Source: Patescibacteria group bacterium
Lineage (GTDB): Bacteria > Patescibacteriota > Patescibacteriia > JAHIZJ01
DNA: 64,000 bases
Assembly: GCA_028714495.1 (NCBI GenBank)
Contig: JAQTMH010000004.1
Location: 64,232 to 128,231, forward strand
Reading direction: 5' to 3'
Part shown: piece after piece, positions 17,701 to 27,379 of the stretch
Numbering within the stretch: position 1 is the stretch's first letter
How the letters are laid out: the number at the start of each line of letters is the position of its first letter
The notes under the pieces: generated by a model
The model's database searches: none
Told to the model about the DNA's origin: nothing
Seen by the model: the letters and a program-made list of their open reading frames with translations, nothing else
Position numbers and translations under genes: made by a program

Positions 17701-19028
17701 ACCGAGGTTTCTGATAGATAATATTTAGATAATTCAGGAAACCGCTGAGTATCGGCGTTGACGCTCATTTTATACGTGCCATCAGTAAGATTCGCAGAGA
17801 AGGTGCCATCCTGATTTATTCCACTACCCATGCCCTGGCCTTCGCCTTTGCGCAGATCGACATTTCCGCCAGACAAAGGAGCACCGTTAGGCAGGACAAT
17901 TTTACCTTTTATTATCGCGTTGGTTTTAGTAACGGTGAAATCCGTTGTCAGATTTTGAACGGAATTATCGTTTACGAAACTTACCATGGTTGGCGGCTGA
18001 TTATAAGTCCAGTCAACTTGTCTCTGGCGCTGATTCTCTTGATCCCAGCCGGCATTGAGATTTAGGTTCCAGTTGCCGCCCGAGAGAACCAGGCTGTACG
18101 TTCCATTACTACCGAGATCAACGCCCTTGCCGCCAGAACCACCTTCACGATTGGCCCAGATTTGTCCGCCAGTGGTAACTGGAGTGCCGTCGTTATATCT
18201 GACAGTTCCGGTTAGGGTCTTGGTGGCAGCTTGCAATTGAGCGTTAACCGTAGCGGCAGTAGTTCCGTTATAGGCAAACTGGATTGGATCTGGGGCGACA
18301 AAGTCACCATATTGAGGACTAAGAAATATATTCAGAGTGTAGGTGCCAGCAGTGATGTTGCTATCAACAAAGGAATAGGCGCCCCATAGATCAGTTTGAG
18401 TATGAAAATTCATCGAAAAGTCAGCCGTTTGGATGTCAACACCTAGATTGGGAGCTATATCGCCGTTTGGCAGGGTTACGTTGCCCTTAACTTGGTACGC
18501 GCCAAAATAGACCGGATCAGAAGGAGTTTTATCCGGATTATCGCCACCCTCCTCACCAACCAGAGAAGTCATGCCATAGGCGCGGTAGTGGCCGTTGATA
18601 TTGATTGGGTTTCGCACGCCGGCAATTACCAAAGTGTAGTCACCAGCTGCTAGGTTGTTAACAAAAATTCCAAAATTAGTACCCCCGGCGTGGAATTCTC
18701 CAGCCAGACCAGAACTCAAGGTCGCGTCTGTAAAACTGGGATTGCAGAAATCCCATTGCCCATTACAACCGCCGCTTACTCCAAAATCAAAAACCACATT
18801 GCCAGGACTGCTCAAGGCGGCTCCCATTGTAAAATCGATTGTATAGGTGGTAGTTGCGCCAGCCACTGAACTTGCGGCGCTAAAAGAGACCGCGGTAATA
18901 CGAGAATCAGGATCAGGAGTTGTGGGCATTTCATCGGCGCGGGCTGGTTGAACCACTAGAAAAAACGAAAAAATCAATACTGCTCCAGCTCCGACGTAGA
19001 AAATTGCATTTTTTTTGGACTTTTTCAT
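14712..19028 (-). CDS. Large secreted/surface protein: tandem carboxypeptidase-regulatory-like beta-sandwiches, ZU5-like domain, C-terminal FG-GAP-like propeller
   Basis: Signal peptide; repeated I.G.V...G.P modules; IPANAL...HFTNFAL; about 6 repeats of GPQIRVF...FFAY....RGG....GD.DGDG..EIV. Confidence 0.85.
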   Translation of the reverse strand: MKKSKKNAIFYVGAGAVLIFSFFLVVQPARADEMPTTPDPDSRITAVSFSAASSVAGATTTYTIDFTMGAALSSPGNVVFDFGVSGGCNGQWDFCNPSFTDATLSSGLAGEFHAGGTNFGIFVNNLAAGDYTLVIAGVRNPININGHYRAYGMTSLVGEEGGDNPDKTPSDPVYFGAYQVKGNVTLPNGDIAPNLGVDIQTADFSMNFHTQTDLWGAYSFVDSNITAGTYTLNIFLSPQYGDFVAPDPIQFAYNGTTAATVNAQLQAATKTLTGTVRYNDGTPVTTGGQIWANREGGSGGKGVDLGSNGTYSLVLSGGNWNLNLNAGWDQENQRQRQVDWTYNQPPTMVSFVNDNSVQNLTTDFTVTKTNAIIKGKIVLPNGAPLSGGNVDLRKGEGQGMGSGINQDGTFSANLTDGTYKMSVNADTQRFPELSKYYLSETSVTVAANQTLDLGTLTMSEKTSRIVGRVITNTGTPVASLGVNCNQRQGFGWTQGQTGADGSYTAWVWPGEWECSINQGPDSTYIQNQSGPRPSYILSANQTVTAEDIVVQLADATINVKLVDANGNAINNMFGYAYARKKSGGNKGGDQFGNGIQNGSATIHLIGGETFVVGAQTPSDQATLLLKEEVEVAIAAGETKDVKLTMIPPDANIIGFFQDQNGTKVTNVEADVNAGSDGGGMWMNTRLQADGSFNLPVKGGKAYFLNYWFRNNPDFVQTNPDQAPFTVPVGGTVTKVVTVYRADSQITVNLLDPSGNPVSYGYIWCSNRRAHENKVTGDFEGGKEINAGSEVRGGTGVVRLVADTYECGSGNGMEMAKNNWMPPEMAQDITVTPTSPATVTMQFRQADATVIANASFADGSKVNFGWCHAFNPDGGFSGGEIMDGTGRIPLIIGTWYIGCEMGTTEGFYRSDEAMVTISAKGEVTKSFTLEKKAWSIPEGLTQQITASNQNNITLPDGTTVSIPANALATEGDVTFMASPNINIYRTNDTKPINFAWDFSALDSNQQLIESFNSNVTICIPYDQAVLDEVGVNEDDLVAKYYNSTNGAWQLPNGVTQDTENNVVCFSVDHFTNFALATGAGATGNEINNYDIIATPLSGGGPQVILANENGKVIANFFAYASTLRIGIQATTADVDGDGEVEIIVAPGAGAGPQIRVFDHAGKLKYQFFAYDSKVRMGVNLTAADVNGDNIAEIITSPMSGGGPQVRVFNYKGDVKHQFMAYASSYKGGLTVATGDTNGDGINELVVAPESNAGPQIRVLKDDGTQVSQFFAYATTVRGGYNIKTGDIDGDGTADIVVSPKAGLGPQVAIFKGDGTLIKRFFAYAETFRGGVNASVGDVDGNGNNDIVVSPISSAGPQIRVFDKNGQVLSQFWAYSSSLRGNFTSFVADLNGDGTNEIVTAPGQGMGPQIRTFDRNGKALSQFFSHHKGFRGGITIAPGY

Positions 19029-19232
19029 AATTTTTACTTTACTTTTTAGGTTAAATTACTTAAATGATATATAAAAAACCACTTAATAGTGGCTTAGATT
19101 AGCTAAGTAAACAAAAAATATTGTATAGGTTGCCAATTATCTTATTCTGATCTCCTCCATCGATCATGAACTATGTGAAAGGCAATATTATACCTATAGT
19201 ATACAGGTATTTTCCAATTGTGTCAATTTGTT

Positions 19233-20963
19233 TTACACAACTATGACGACTGGCAGGATCATCGGCCGCCGTTCAGTCTTTTGAAAAAGGAATTGGCCGA
19301 GGTCATCACGGATCTTGTTCTTGATATAGGTATCATTAAGCGAAGATTCAGGATCGTGGTCTTTTAGAATTTCTTTGACCTTAGCTTGGGTTTCGTCAAT
19401 AAGTCTTTTGCTGCTCTTCATATAGACAAAGCCGCGAGAAATGATGTCGGGCTGTCCAACCAGAGTTCCGGTTTTGCCCTCGATCGTGGCAATGATCACA
19501 ATCATGCCGTCGGCGGCTAGTTGTTGGCGGTCTCGCAAGACAACGCTTGAAACATCGCCTACGCCCAAGCCGTCGACCATGACGTATTCTGACGGTACGC
19601 GTTTGTTGGTAATCCGGCCGCCTTGCTTAGTGAATTCTATTATTTGGCCGTTGTCCGCGATGAAGATTTTTTTCGGATCAAAACCGGTTTGGATAGCCAC
19701 CTTGGCGTGTTGCCGGAGAAAGGAATGGTTGCCTTCGACAGGAATCAGATACTGCGGATTGACGAGCTTCAGCATTAACTTTAGATCTTCCTGTTTAGCG
19801 TGGCCGCCGGCATGGATGTCCATCATTTTATAATTAATTACTTCAGCACCCTCACGATAGAGAGTGTCGACCAGTCGCTGAACCGAGCGTTCGTTGCCCG
19901 GCACGACTGAGGAAGAAAAGATTATGGTATCACCTTTTTCGATTCTGGCCCTTTTGTGCTCCCGGTTGGCCAGGCGCATCAAGACGGCCCGGCCCTCGCC
20001 CTGGGCGCCGGTGCAGAGGATAACGAGCTTTTGGCTGGGAAACCTTCTCATATCCTCGAAGCCAATAAGCGTGCCCGGTTTGATTTTCATATACCCGAGT
20101 TGCTGGGCGATTTCGACATTGGTCTTCATGCTGTAGCCGTCAATGACAATGTGGCGGCCATATTTTTCAGCCAATTGAATAATCTGCTGGATGCGGCCCA
20201 GAAGCGAAGCGAAGGTGCCGATAATCAGCCGGCCCGGAGTTTTACTGAAGACATCTTCGAGATTGAGCATGATTTCTTGTTCAGTGAATTGGTGGCCGGG
20301 CTGGGGAGCGTTAGTGCTGTCGGCCAACATAACCAGGACATTTTGTTCGTTTAACCGGGCGATTTTGGCGATGTCAGCCGGCGTATCCCCAGACGGCTGC
20401 AAATCAAGTTTGAAATCGCCGGTATGGACAACCAGCCCAACCGGCGTATTGACAATGACGCCTAGAGAGCCGGGGATATTGTGGCTTACCCCGAAGAATT
20501 CAACCTCGAAAACGCCCAGCCGCAATTTCGTTTCATTATCAACGGCGTGCAGATCAAGTCTTCCGCCGCCGTTTTTGTAGTCTTCCTGGCGCTTGGCGAT
20601 AATTCCCAGGGTAAGTGGTGTGCCGAAAATCGGCGGCCGGCCCAGGCGCGGAATGAGGTGAGGAATCGCGCCGATATGGTCATAGTGACCGTGGGTTATG
20701 ATCACGCCTTTTACAAATTTTTCTTTTCCTCTGAGATAGGAGATGTTTGGGATAATATAATCAATTCCGGGCATATCCTCCTCGGGAAACTGCAGGCCCA
20801 TGTCGATAATAATGATATCGTGCTTATATTCGAGCACGGTCATATTCCGACCGACTTCCTCAAGTCCGCCCAGAGGAATGATTCTCAGGGTGTCGGTTTT
20901 TTTGCCCAATTGAGGTTGAAGCGCTGGCCGTTTGTTGAATTTACGGTGTCTTTTGTGACTCAT
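19233..20963 (-). CDS. rnj: Ribonuclease J
   Basis: PLGGLEEVGRN, THGHYDHIG, HTGDFK, TGAQGE, HAGGHA, RRPMILP. Confidence 0.97.
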   Translation of the reverse strand: MSHKRHRKFNKRPALQPQLGKKTDTLRIIPLGGLEEVGRNMTVLEYKHDIIIIDMGLQFPEEDMPGIDYIIPNISYLRGKEKFVKGVIITHGHYDHIGAIPHLIPRLGRPPIFGTPLTLGIIAKRQEDYKNGGGRLDLHAVDNETKLRLGVFEVEFFGVSHNIPGSLGVIVNTPVGLVVHTGDFKLDLQPSGDTPADIAKIARLNEQNVLVMLADSTNAPQPGHQFTEQEIMLNLEDVFSKTPGRLIIGTFASLLGRIQQIIQLAEKYGRHIVIDGYSMKTNVEIAQQLGYMKIKPGTLIGFEDMRRFPSQKLVILCTGAQGEGRAVLMRLANREHKRARIEKGDTIIFSSSVVPGNERSVQRLVDTLYREGAEVINYKMMDIHAGGHAKQEDLKLMLKLVNPQYLIPVEGNHSFLRQHAKVAIQTGFDPKKIFIADNGQIIEFTKQGGRITNKRVPSEYVMVDGLGVGDVSSVVLRDRQQLAADGMIVIIATIEGKTGTLVGQPDIISRGFVYMKSSKRLIDETQAKVKEILKDHDPESSLNDTYIKNKIRDDLGQFLFQKTERRPMILPVVIVV

Positions 20964-21190
20964 AAAGAGTAATTTGAATTTTAGATTTTAATATCTATAA
21001 CAATTATTAACTAGATTGTACTGGCGAGCGAGATAAGCTAAGAAATAATAAGAAAATGCGGAGTAATATTATTGAAACGAAGGCTATAATAGTTCGATTG
21101 AACCGACGCCAACTGAAACAGATAGAGAATTAATATACCAGGCATCTTAAATCAACAACCACCGCTGCCGTGCTGATATCTTCCTTTTTT

Positions 21191-21277
21191 TGGTGCCGGG
21201 AAGAGGACTCGAACCTCCATGGGATTGCTCCCACACGGCTCTGAACCGTGCGTGTCTACCAGTTCCACCATCCCGGC
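21191..21277 (-). tRNA. tRNA-Leu(CAG), CCA encoded
   Basis: Acceptor GCCGGGA/TCCCGGC, anticodon arm CACGG-TTCAGAG-CCGTG, long variable arm, GTTCGAG T-loop. Confidence 0.96.
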
Positions 21278-21364
21278 ATGTGTGGGTGTACACGATTATG
21301 TAAAGATATTGGCAAGTTCAGCGGGCAGGCCGCGCCCGCAACGAATGCTTATGCGGTCGGGCGG

Positions 21365-21388
21365 GTCTGCCAATTCCGCCACCCGCCC
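21365..21388 (-). pseudogene. tRNA-Leu-like 5' fragment (acceptor strand plus D-arm) followed by a palindromic repeat
   Basis: GGGCGGGTGGCGGAATTGGCAGAC on minus strand; no anticodon or T arm follows. Confidence 0.5.
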
Positions 21389-21499
21389 ACCTCTGGTACG
21401 GGGTAAATCTGCCAGCTTGCCCCGCGCCCATTGTGGTGCGGGGTGGAGTTTATCTCGTCATTCGACGAGGCCACTTGCCCATCAATATATTGAAGAACT

Positions 21500-23284
21500 T
21501 TACCACTCCCGCTTGGTTTTGATATACCAATTTTCAATATTTGTAAAACGGTCAGAAGGGATAGTTATGCGGTTTAAATTGAACCCCTTAATATTGGCGT
21601 TTAATCCGTAAGTATAGGTGGGATTGTAGAGAAAGAGAGCCGGTAATTCGTCAGCCAAAATATTTTGGAAATGAAGATATTTCATCTGGCGCTGTTCGAG
21701 ATCAGTAGTTTTTCGGGCTTCTTCCAAAAGCTGGTCAACATCTTTATTGACATAGACGGAGAGGTTCAGTCCTGGATCCCGGCCTTGAGAGGAATGCCAA
21801 AAAGAGTATGGATCGGGGTCAGTCCCCACGATTTCACCGACGAGAAGTGCCTCATAATCCCTTGGCTTAATTACGTATTTCTCGATTCGACTCCCGTCAA
21901 TGATTCTTAGCTCAACTCCCACGCCGATTTTTTGCCAGTAGTCTTTGAGCAAATTGGCGGTGGCGACGAAGTCCGGCTGGTCAATCGTGGTCAAAGTGAA
22001 GCGGAGCTCTTGACCGTCCTTTTTTCTCATTCCCGATTCTTCGTCCAATGCCCAGCCGGCCTTATCCAACGTTTCAATAGCCTTGGTCGGTTCAAACTCG
22101 TATTTTTTTACTTCTGGATTGTAGCCGATAAAGCCGGGCAGAATCGGCGCGTGAATCGGTTCGCCCTCGCCCTTAAGCACCTGCTCGATTATCTCGGGTT
22201 TATTTATAGCGTAGGCCAGCGCTTGCTTGATATCCAGGTTTTTTAGAAGCTGATTTTTTTGGTTGAGAAAAACGGCGGTATATTGGGGCAAATGGAGAAG
22301 GTGGGAGACGATTTCTTTGTTTTTTGACAAGAACTCCTTTGATTCTTTTGGAACGTAGCCCAAGCCCTCCACCTTTTTATCACGCCCAGCCTCGATTAAA
22401 CTTTCCAGGTCGGGGTAAAAGACGAAACGAATTTTCTCGATATAGGCGGGCCGTTGGTAATAGTCGGGATTGCGGATCAATTCATAGGATTTAATATTTC
22501 CCGAACGGTCTTTTTTGAGGGAATTGAATTTATAGGGACCAGTGCCGATGGGCTTCAAATTCGTTTCCGCCAAGTGGAAAGAAACCGGTTGGATGTCGCT
22601 CCAAATATGATAGGGCAGGATGCCGAATGTCAGCGAGTTTAGAAATGGAGCAAAGGGTTCGGTTAAAGTAAGAATAATGGTTGAGCCGTCCGGGGCTTCA
22701 GCGGTAACGCCACGTAAATTTAGAGCCAGCGGGCTTTTTATCTCCTGATTTTGGATTGCCTCAATCGTCAATAATACGTCTTCTGAACTGAAAGGCTGCC
22801 CGTCGTGCCACTTGATATTGTTTTTTAAATGAATGGTGTAAGTCTTTTGGTCCTCGCTTAATTCATAGCTTTCGGCTAAATCAGGCACCAGTTCCCGCTG
22901 CTCATTATATTCAAAAAGACCGGAGAAAACCAGGCGAGAAATATCCATATCGGTATCGTTGGAAGGAGCCAGGATGGGATTGATATAGGCCGGATTGCCC
23001 ACCAAACCCTCGACGTATTCTCCTCCAGAGACAGGCACTTCTTTGGTGTGGCCGAGATAAAAACGTATGCCCAGCACAATCCCCGATATTAAAAACAAGG
23101 CTAACAGGCCGAGAAGAATTATTTTTTCTTGCTTGGACAACACTCTAGGCAAATACCGAAGTTGTCGAGGGGAGGGCCAACGACGACCTTGGGAAAAATA
23201 ACGCTGACCGGAAGTCGCCGCCGGCGAGAATCTTCGTCGGTATTTGGTGAATAATTTTTTAGACCAGTCCGAAAATCGTGCCAC
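21500..23284 (-). CDS. Peptide/nickel ABC transporter substrate-binding protein (family 5), membrane anchored
   Basis: LVPDLAESY, WHDG.PF..EDV, PIGTGPYK; N-terminal TM. Confidence 0.9.
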   Translation of the reverse strand: MARFSDWSKKLFTKYRRRFSPAATSGQRYFSQGRRWPSPRQLRYLPRVLSKQEKIILLGLLALFLISGIVLGIRFYLGHTKEVPVSGGEYVEGLVGNPAYINPILAPSNDTDMDISRLVFSGLFEYNEQRELVPDLAESYELSEDQKTYTIHLKNNIKWHDGQPFSSEDVLLTIEAIQNQEIKSPLALNLRGVTAEAPDGSTIILTLTEPFAPFLNSLTFGILPYHIWSDIQPVSFHLAETNLKPIGTGPYKFNSLKKDRSGNIKSYELIRNPDYYQRPAYIEKIRFVFYPDLESLIEAGRDKKVEGLGYVPKESKEFLSKNKEIVSHLLHLPQYTAVFLNQKNQLLKNLDIKQALAYAINKPEIIEQVLKGEGEPIHAPILPGFIGYNPEVKKYEFEPTKAIETLDKAGWALDEESGMRKKDGQELRFTLTTIDQPDFVATANLLKDYWQKIGVGVELRIIDGSRIEKYVIKPRDYEALLVGEIVGTDPDPYSFWHSSQGRDPGLNLSVYVNKDVDQLLEEARKTTDLEQRQMKYLHFQNILADELPALFLYNPTYTYGLNANIKGFNLNRITIPSDRFTNIENWYIKTKREW

Positions 23285-23310
23285 TTAGGAACGTTTACTA
23301 GTAGAATTGA

Positions 23311-23529
23311 TTACGTAAAGAGTAGATTCGCCACCGCCACCCCCATAAAGAGCACGGAGACGACTATGGTAAAAATGAAGATGTAGCGTTCAACGCCGCG
23401 TCGCGTCTCAAAAACATTACCCTCGCCGCCAAAAACACCACCCAGGCCAGAACCGCGTTGCTGAAGAATCACCGAGGCTGTCAGCAGGACTGACAATACG
23501 ATTAGCGCGATATTGAAATAAAATTGCAT
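23311..23529 (-). CDS. secG: Preprotein translocase subunit SecG
   Basis: Two TMs flanking ILQQRGSGLGGVFGG...TRRGVE. Confidence 0.92.
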   Translation of the reverse strand: MQFYFNIALIVLSVLLTASVILQQRGSGLGGVFGGEGNVFETRRGVERYIFIFTIVVSVLFMGVAVANLLFT

Positions 23530-23614
23530 AGTAGTTATTTATAGAAAAAAGCCAATACTGGCTAACTAGGAGATTAGCATGAGGGCAAGAATTTGTCAAT
23601 GGAAAGATTATTTC

Positions 23615-23776
23615 TCATGACAATTTTTCCCGGTGGGCTTTTTCACCAATAATTTTTTGTAATCTCAAGATACTCCGACTATTCACTTTCATTTTCGGTT
23701 TTTTCTTGTATTGTCGGCGCTGGGCTTTTTGAGCCAGACGCTTTTCAATTTCCACGTGATGATTGGAAGTTGACAT
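23615..23776 (-). CDS. Small basic protein, 53 aa (below ORF-track cutoff)
   Basis: Manual translation MSTSNHHVEIEKRLAQKAQRRQYKKKPKMKVNSRSILRLQKIIGEKAHREKLS; starts just after the stop of the 23780 ORF. Confidence 0.6.
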   Translation of the reverse strand: MSTSNHHVEIEKRLAQKAQRRQYKKKPKMKVNSRSILRLQKIIGEKAHREKLS

Positions 23777-23779
23777 TTA

Positions 23780-24622
23780 TTATTTTCCGATTTCAATCAG
23801 GCGCCATTCTTGGCCGACCCTAATTACCACACCCCGCGACTCAACCTTAAGATCATCGTATTGGCCCGAGTATAGATGTTCATGCACTCCGCCTGGCGCA
23901 AAGTAATGCAAGCCGTCGTCTCTTACGCCGACAATTCCATTCTTACAAGGTTCCCAGGTTAAAAAATTATCCTCGCAAATTTCTTGGGGGTTATTCCGGG
24001 TCTCTTCTTGTGCGAGAAAAAGCTTTCTCACACCCTTTTCAGTCCTTTCAAGCACGACCCCCTCTAGCCAGGGATGAGTGCACCAGCTCTCGGTCTCTGA
24101 ATTGAAATTGTTATATAGATTGTAACTGCGGTTTTCCGGCAAGCGAATTTTTAGAATATTGCCCTCCTCGGTGATAACGCCGGTCGGGTGAGGTTCCAAT
24201 CTTTGATGGCCGGAGGGAGTTACTCGTTCCCGGCCGTTGATTAAATAGCTTGAGCCATCCCGAATATGCACGCCGCCGGGGAATTGATAGTGGCCTCGGT
24301 ATTGGCCTTCGTTTTTGTATAGAGGATCCACCCAGCGGCCACCATTTTGGATTATCGAAAAATCTTTGCCTTGTCTGAGGACAACCCCCTCAGGTGTTAA
24401 AAACCATTCATCATACTCGGTTCCAGGCGGGAGCAGATTTTCTCCTCCATTAAGGAGCAGCTGACCATTGCTTTCGATTATTACCCCATTTTCATTAGAA
24501 CGCCAGGTATCCGCCTGACCGTTAAATCGGCAAAGCTCTTTTGATTTGGGCCTGTGTTCGGTTGTTGTCTCCGGCTCTTCTAGAACAGCTAGAGACGATT
24601 CTAATTCTCTGCCTCGGCGCAT
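23780..24622 (-). CDS. Hypothetical protein with ~7 degenerate repeats (possible beta-propeller)
   Basis: Recurring W..(H/T)P.GV(I/V)...G units every 35-45 aa. Confidence 0.7.
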   Translation of the reverse strand: MRRGRELESSLAVLEEPETTTEHRPKSKELCRFNGQADTWRSNENGVIIESNGQLLLNGGENLLPPGTEYDEWFLTPEGVVLRQGKDFSIIQNGGRWVDPLYKNEGQYRGHYQFPGGVHIRDGSSYLINGRERVTPSGHQRLEPHPTGVITEEGNILKIRLPENRSYNLYNNFNSETESWCTHPWLEGVVLERTEKGVRKLFLAQEETRNNPQEICEDNFLTWEPCKNGIVGVRDDGLHYFAPGGVHEHLYSGQYDDLKVESRGVVIRVGQEWRLIEIGK

Positions 24623-24708
24623 AATATTATATTATTAGATAATTAGTTGATTGGTTGATAAGTCAAATAGTTGATTGAACGGACAATTAACATTTTACCT
24701 CTTTTTGC

Positions 24709-26517
24709 CTAGCTACCCAAGGAATCGCGGATCACTTCAGTTAAATGCGAACCGACGAGTTTTGTCAACTCCTTATCACTGGCCTGGCGAATACCCGAGA
24801 CTGAACCGAATTTTTGGAGTAGTTTTTTCTTGGTTTTCGGGCCGAGGCCGGGAATTTCATCGAGCTGTGATTTTATTGACTGGCGGCGGTGGGTTTTCCG
24901 ATAGAAACCGATGGCGAAACGGTGGGCTTCATCGCGCATTCGTTGAACCAGAAAAAGGGCGGGAGAATCAGGCGGGAGCAGGATCGGATTTTTCTTGCCT
25001 GGCAGAAATAACTCTTCATTTCTTTTTGCCAGAGCGGCCAGGGGGATGTTAAACCTGTGCTCGGCGGGGACGCCTCGCGCTCCGTTGAGTTTAGCCAGGA
25101 CACCTCGCACAACGTTAAGTTGGCCTTTACCGCCGTCGAGAATAATCAAATCGGGTTCTGGCCAGGCGGCTGGCGAAGTCTCAGCCAGGTGGCCGAAACG
25201 CCGCTGGAGAATTTCAGCCAGCATGGCCGGGTCGTTTGCTCCTGACACAGTTTTGATCTTGAATTTGCGATAGTCTGATTTTTTCGGCAGGCCAGCCTCG
25301 AAAACGACCATTGAACCGACGGCGTTGACTCCCTGGATATTTGAAATATCGTAGGTTTCAATCCGGCGCGGTGGTTCGGCCAGGTGGAGGAATTTTGCCA
25401 GATCTGCCAGGGCTTGATCGAGCTGGGTTTGACTGGCTTCATCTTCGACCCGACTTTTAGCCAGGGCATCTCGGGCATTGGCTTCACCAAGCTTCAGAAG
25501 CTGAAACAACTTACCTCGCTCGGCTGTTTTAAATTTCAGCTGTAGCAGTTTTTCAATCTCTTCTCGCCGGTCTGGAAGTTCTCGGAAAATAACCTGTTTC
25601 GGATGTTCGGTTGATTGGGTATAATATTGTTCTACAAAGCTGGCCAGAAGAAATGGATTTTTTTCGTCCTGGATATTTTTCAGAATGAAGTTTTTCCGAC
25701 TGATTAGCTTGCCCTCGCGAAAAGCAAAAAGATTTATGCCGGCCAAGGCCCGTTCCCGGACTAGGCTGATGAGATCAAGGTTGTCATTAGTCCGGAGGAT
25801 GACTTTTTGCCGCTCAAGTACGCGTTCGATCGCGGTGATCCGATCCCTGGCTTCGGCGGCTTTTTCAAAGTGTTGCTGCTTTGACGCTTCAGACATTGAA
25901 CGGCGCAGCTCGACGAGGACACCCTCGCTTCTGCCTTCAAGAAAGTGGATAAAGTTTTTGATAATCGCTTGGTATTCACTTCGGCTAGCCGGTGAAGTCA
26001 GATGTCCGGCGCAACGATGCAAGCGGAAATCAAAACACGGATCTTCAGGTTTATTTTTGCAGGTTTTGATTGGGAAGATTTTTTTCAGATGTTTCAAGGT
26101 GAGTCTGACGATTTTGGCTGACTGGTAGGGGCCGAAGTATCGCGTTTTGTCTTTAGCAATCCGGCGGACCAAAGAGACCGAGGGAAAATCCTCGGCTAAA
26201 TTGATTTTGATATAGATAAAATATTTATCATCCCGCATAATGATATTGTAGGGCGGGTGGTGGCGCTTGATCAGGGTTGTTTCCAGAAAGAGCGCTTCGG
26301 TCTCGGAGTCAACGATAATGTATTCGAGATCAGCAATTTGTGTGACCATCAGGCGCTTCGAAGCCTCAAGGGAATTTGATTTCTGGAAATAGGAAGCCAC
26401 CCGGCTTTTCAGATTTTTCGCTTTGCCCACGTAAAGAATCGACCCTTTGACATTCTTGAAGAGATAGACGCCGGGTTTTTTAGGAATATTTTTAATCTGA
26501 TTTTTCAGGCTCTTCAT
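24709..26517 (-). CDS. uvrC: Excinuclease ABC subunit C
   Basis: PGVYLF..LYVGKAKNL GIY-YIG, RIETYDISN, DGGKGQL, RDEAHRFA, HhH IPGLGPK. Confidence 0.97.
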   Translation of the reverse strand: MKSLKNQIKNIPKKPGVYLFKNVKGSILYVGKAKNLKSRVASYFQKSNSLEASKRLMVTQIADLEYIIVDSETEALFLETTLIKRHHPPYNIIMRDDKYFIYIKINLAEDFPSVSLVRRIAKDKTRYFGPYQSAKIVRLTLKHLKKIFPIKTCKNKPEDPCFDFRLHRCAGHLTSPASRSEYQAIIKNFIHFLEGRSEGVLVELRRSMSEASKQQHFEKAAEARDRITAIERVLERQKVILRTNDNLDLISLVRERALAGINLFAFREGKLISRKNFILKNIQDEKNPFLLASFVEQYYTQSTEHPKQVIFRELPDRREEIEKLLQLKFKTAERGKLFQLLKLGEANARDALAKSRVEDEASQTQLDQALADLAKFLHLAEPPRRIETYDISNIQGVNAVGSMVVFEAGLPKKSDYRKFKIKTVSGANDPAMLAEILQRRFGHLAETSPAAWPEPDLIILDGGKGQLNVVRGVLAKLNGARGVPAEHRFNIPLAALAKRNEELFLPGKKNPILLPPDSPALFLVQRMRDEAHRFAIGFYRKTHRRQSIKSQLDEIPGLGPKTKKKLLQKFGSVSGIRQASDKELTKLVGSHLTEVIRDSLGS

Positions 26518-26546
26518 GGGGCAATTATATCAGCCTGGCGGGGTCT

Positions 26547-26575
26547 TGACAAAAGCTAAAGAATGCGCTATTATA
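26547..26575 (+). promoter_or_regulatory. Sigma70-type promoter divergent from uvrC
   Basis: TTGACA-17bp-TATTAT. Confidence 0.6.
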
Positions 26576-26791
26576 CTTGGTTATTGAGGATTACAGCGGT
26601 TATTGTTGAGAATAAAGGCGGCGGATAGGAAGGTTTTTAATAATTTTCTGTCCTGCGCCTTGATTCAGTCAGACATTTGTCAGACGAACCAGGGCAGATA
26701 GTCGCTCTTTACTATTTATTGGTGTTAATGGCCATTAGGTCCATAGATTCTGTGGTGTTTGGTCGCTCAGGGTTCAACAAGGAGGATTGTC

Positions 26792-27379
26792 ATGGCACTC
26801 TCGCACACGGTCGCAATCACCGAGCTTCCTCTGAAGCAGGTCATCGTTCGGTTCTACACCATGCCGCCCAAGGGCACCGCCATCCCGGAACAGAAGCGCG
26901 ATGATCGGCGTATTGAACAGCGCCACACTACCGAGGCGCAAGCTCAGGGCATCGACGCCCAACGGCTCCAGCGCGGCAAGCCCGACTCGGGCCGGCAGCT
27001 CAGGGACGTGACCTACGCGACGCTCGACCTGCTCATCTCGGATCTCCGCGCTCTCGGCTTCAAGCTCGTCCAGGCCTTCTGGAACGAGCAGCGCCGGGCG
27101 AACGATCCGAACCGGCCCATGTATGTCGTCTCGTTCGTCTTCGGTCTCGAAGGCGAGGAGATCGCGCTCGGTCCGGTCGACCTGGAGTGGTTCATGCGCC
27201 GGATCAATCTGGCCCACGAGAAGGTGACCATCTTCGCCAATCCCAAGCGGATGGGCGAGGAGGAGGACTTCACCTGGCGTCAGGACACGGTCAACTGCCG
27301 TGGGGCCAAACCCGACCAGTCGCCACGCCTCCAGACACGGATGCGCGAGCTCGGCGACTATTCGCACGACGAACTGTAG
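26792..27379 (+). CDS. Orphan hypothetical protein (GC-rich stand-alone cassette)
   Basis: AAGGAGG SD 6 nt before ATG (MALSH); strong GC3 bias; terminator AGGCCGGC/GCCGGCCT plus T-run at about 27425-27468. Confidence 0.8.
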   Translation: MALSHTVAITELPLKQVIVRFYTMPPKGTAIPEQKRDDRRIEQRHTTEAQAQGIDAQRLQRGKPDSGRQLRDVTYATLDLLISDLRALGFKLVQAFWNEQRRANDPNRPMYVVSFVFGLEGEEIALGPVDLEWFMRRINLAHEKVTIFANPKRMGEEEDFTWRQDTVNCRGAKPDQSPRLQTRMRELGDYSHDEL

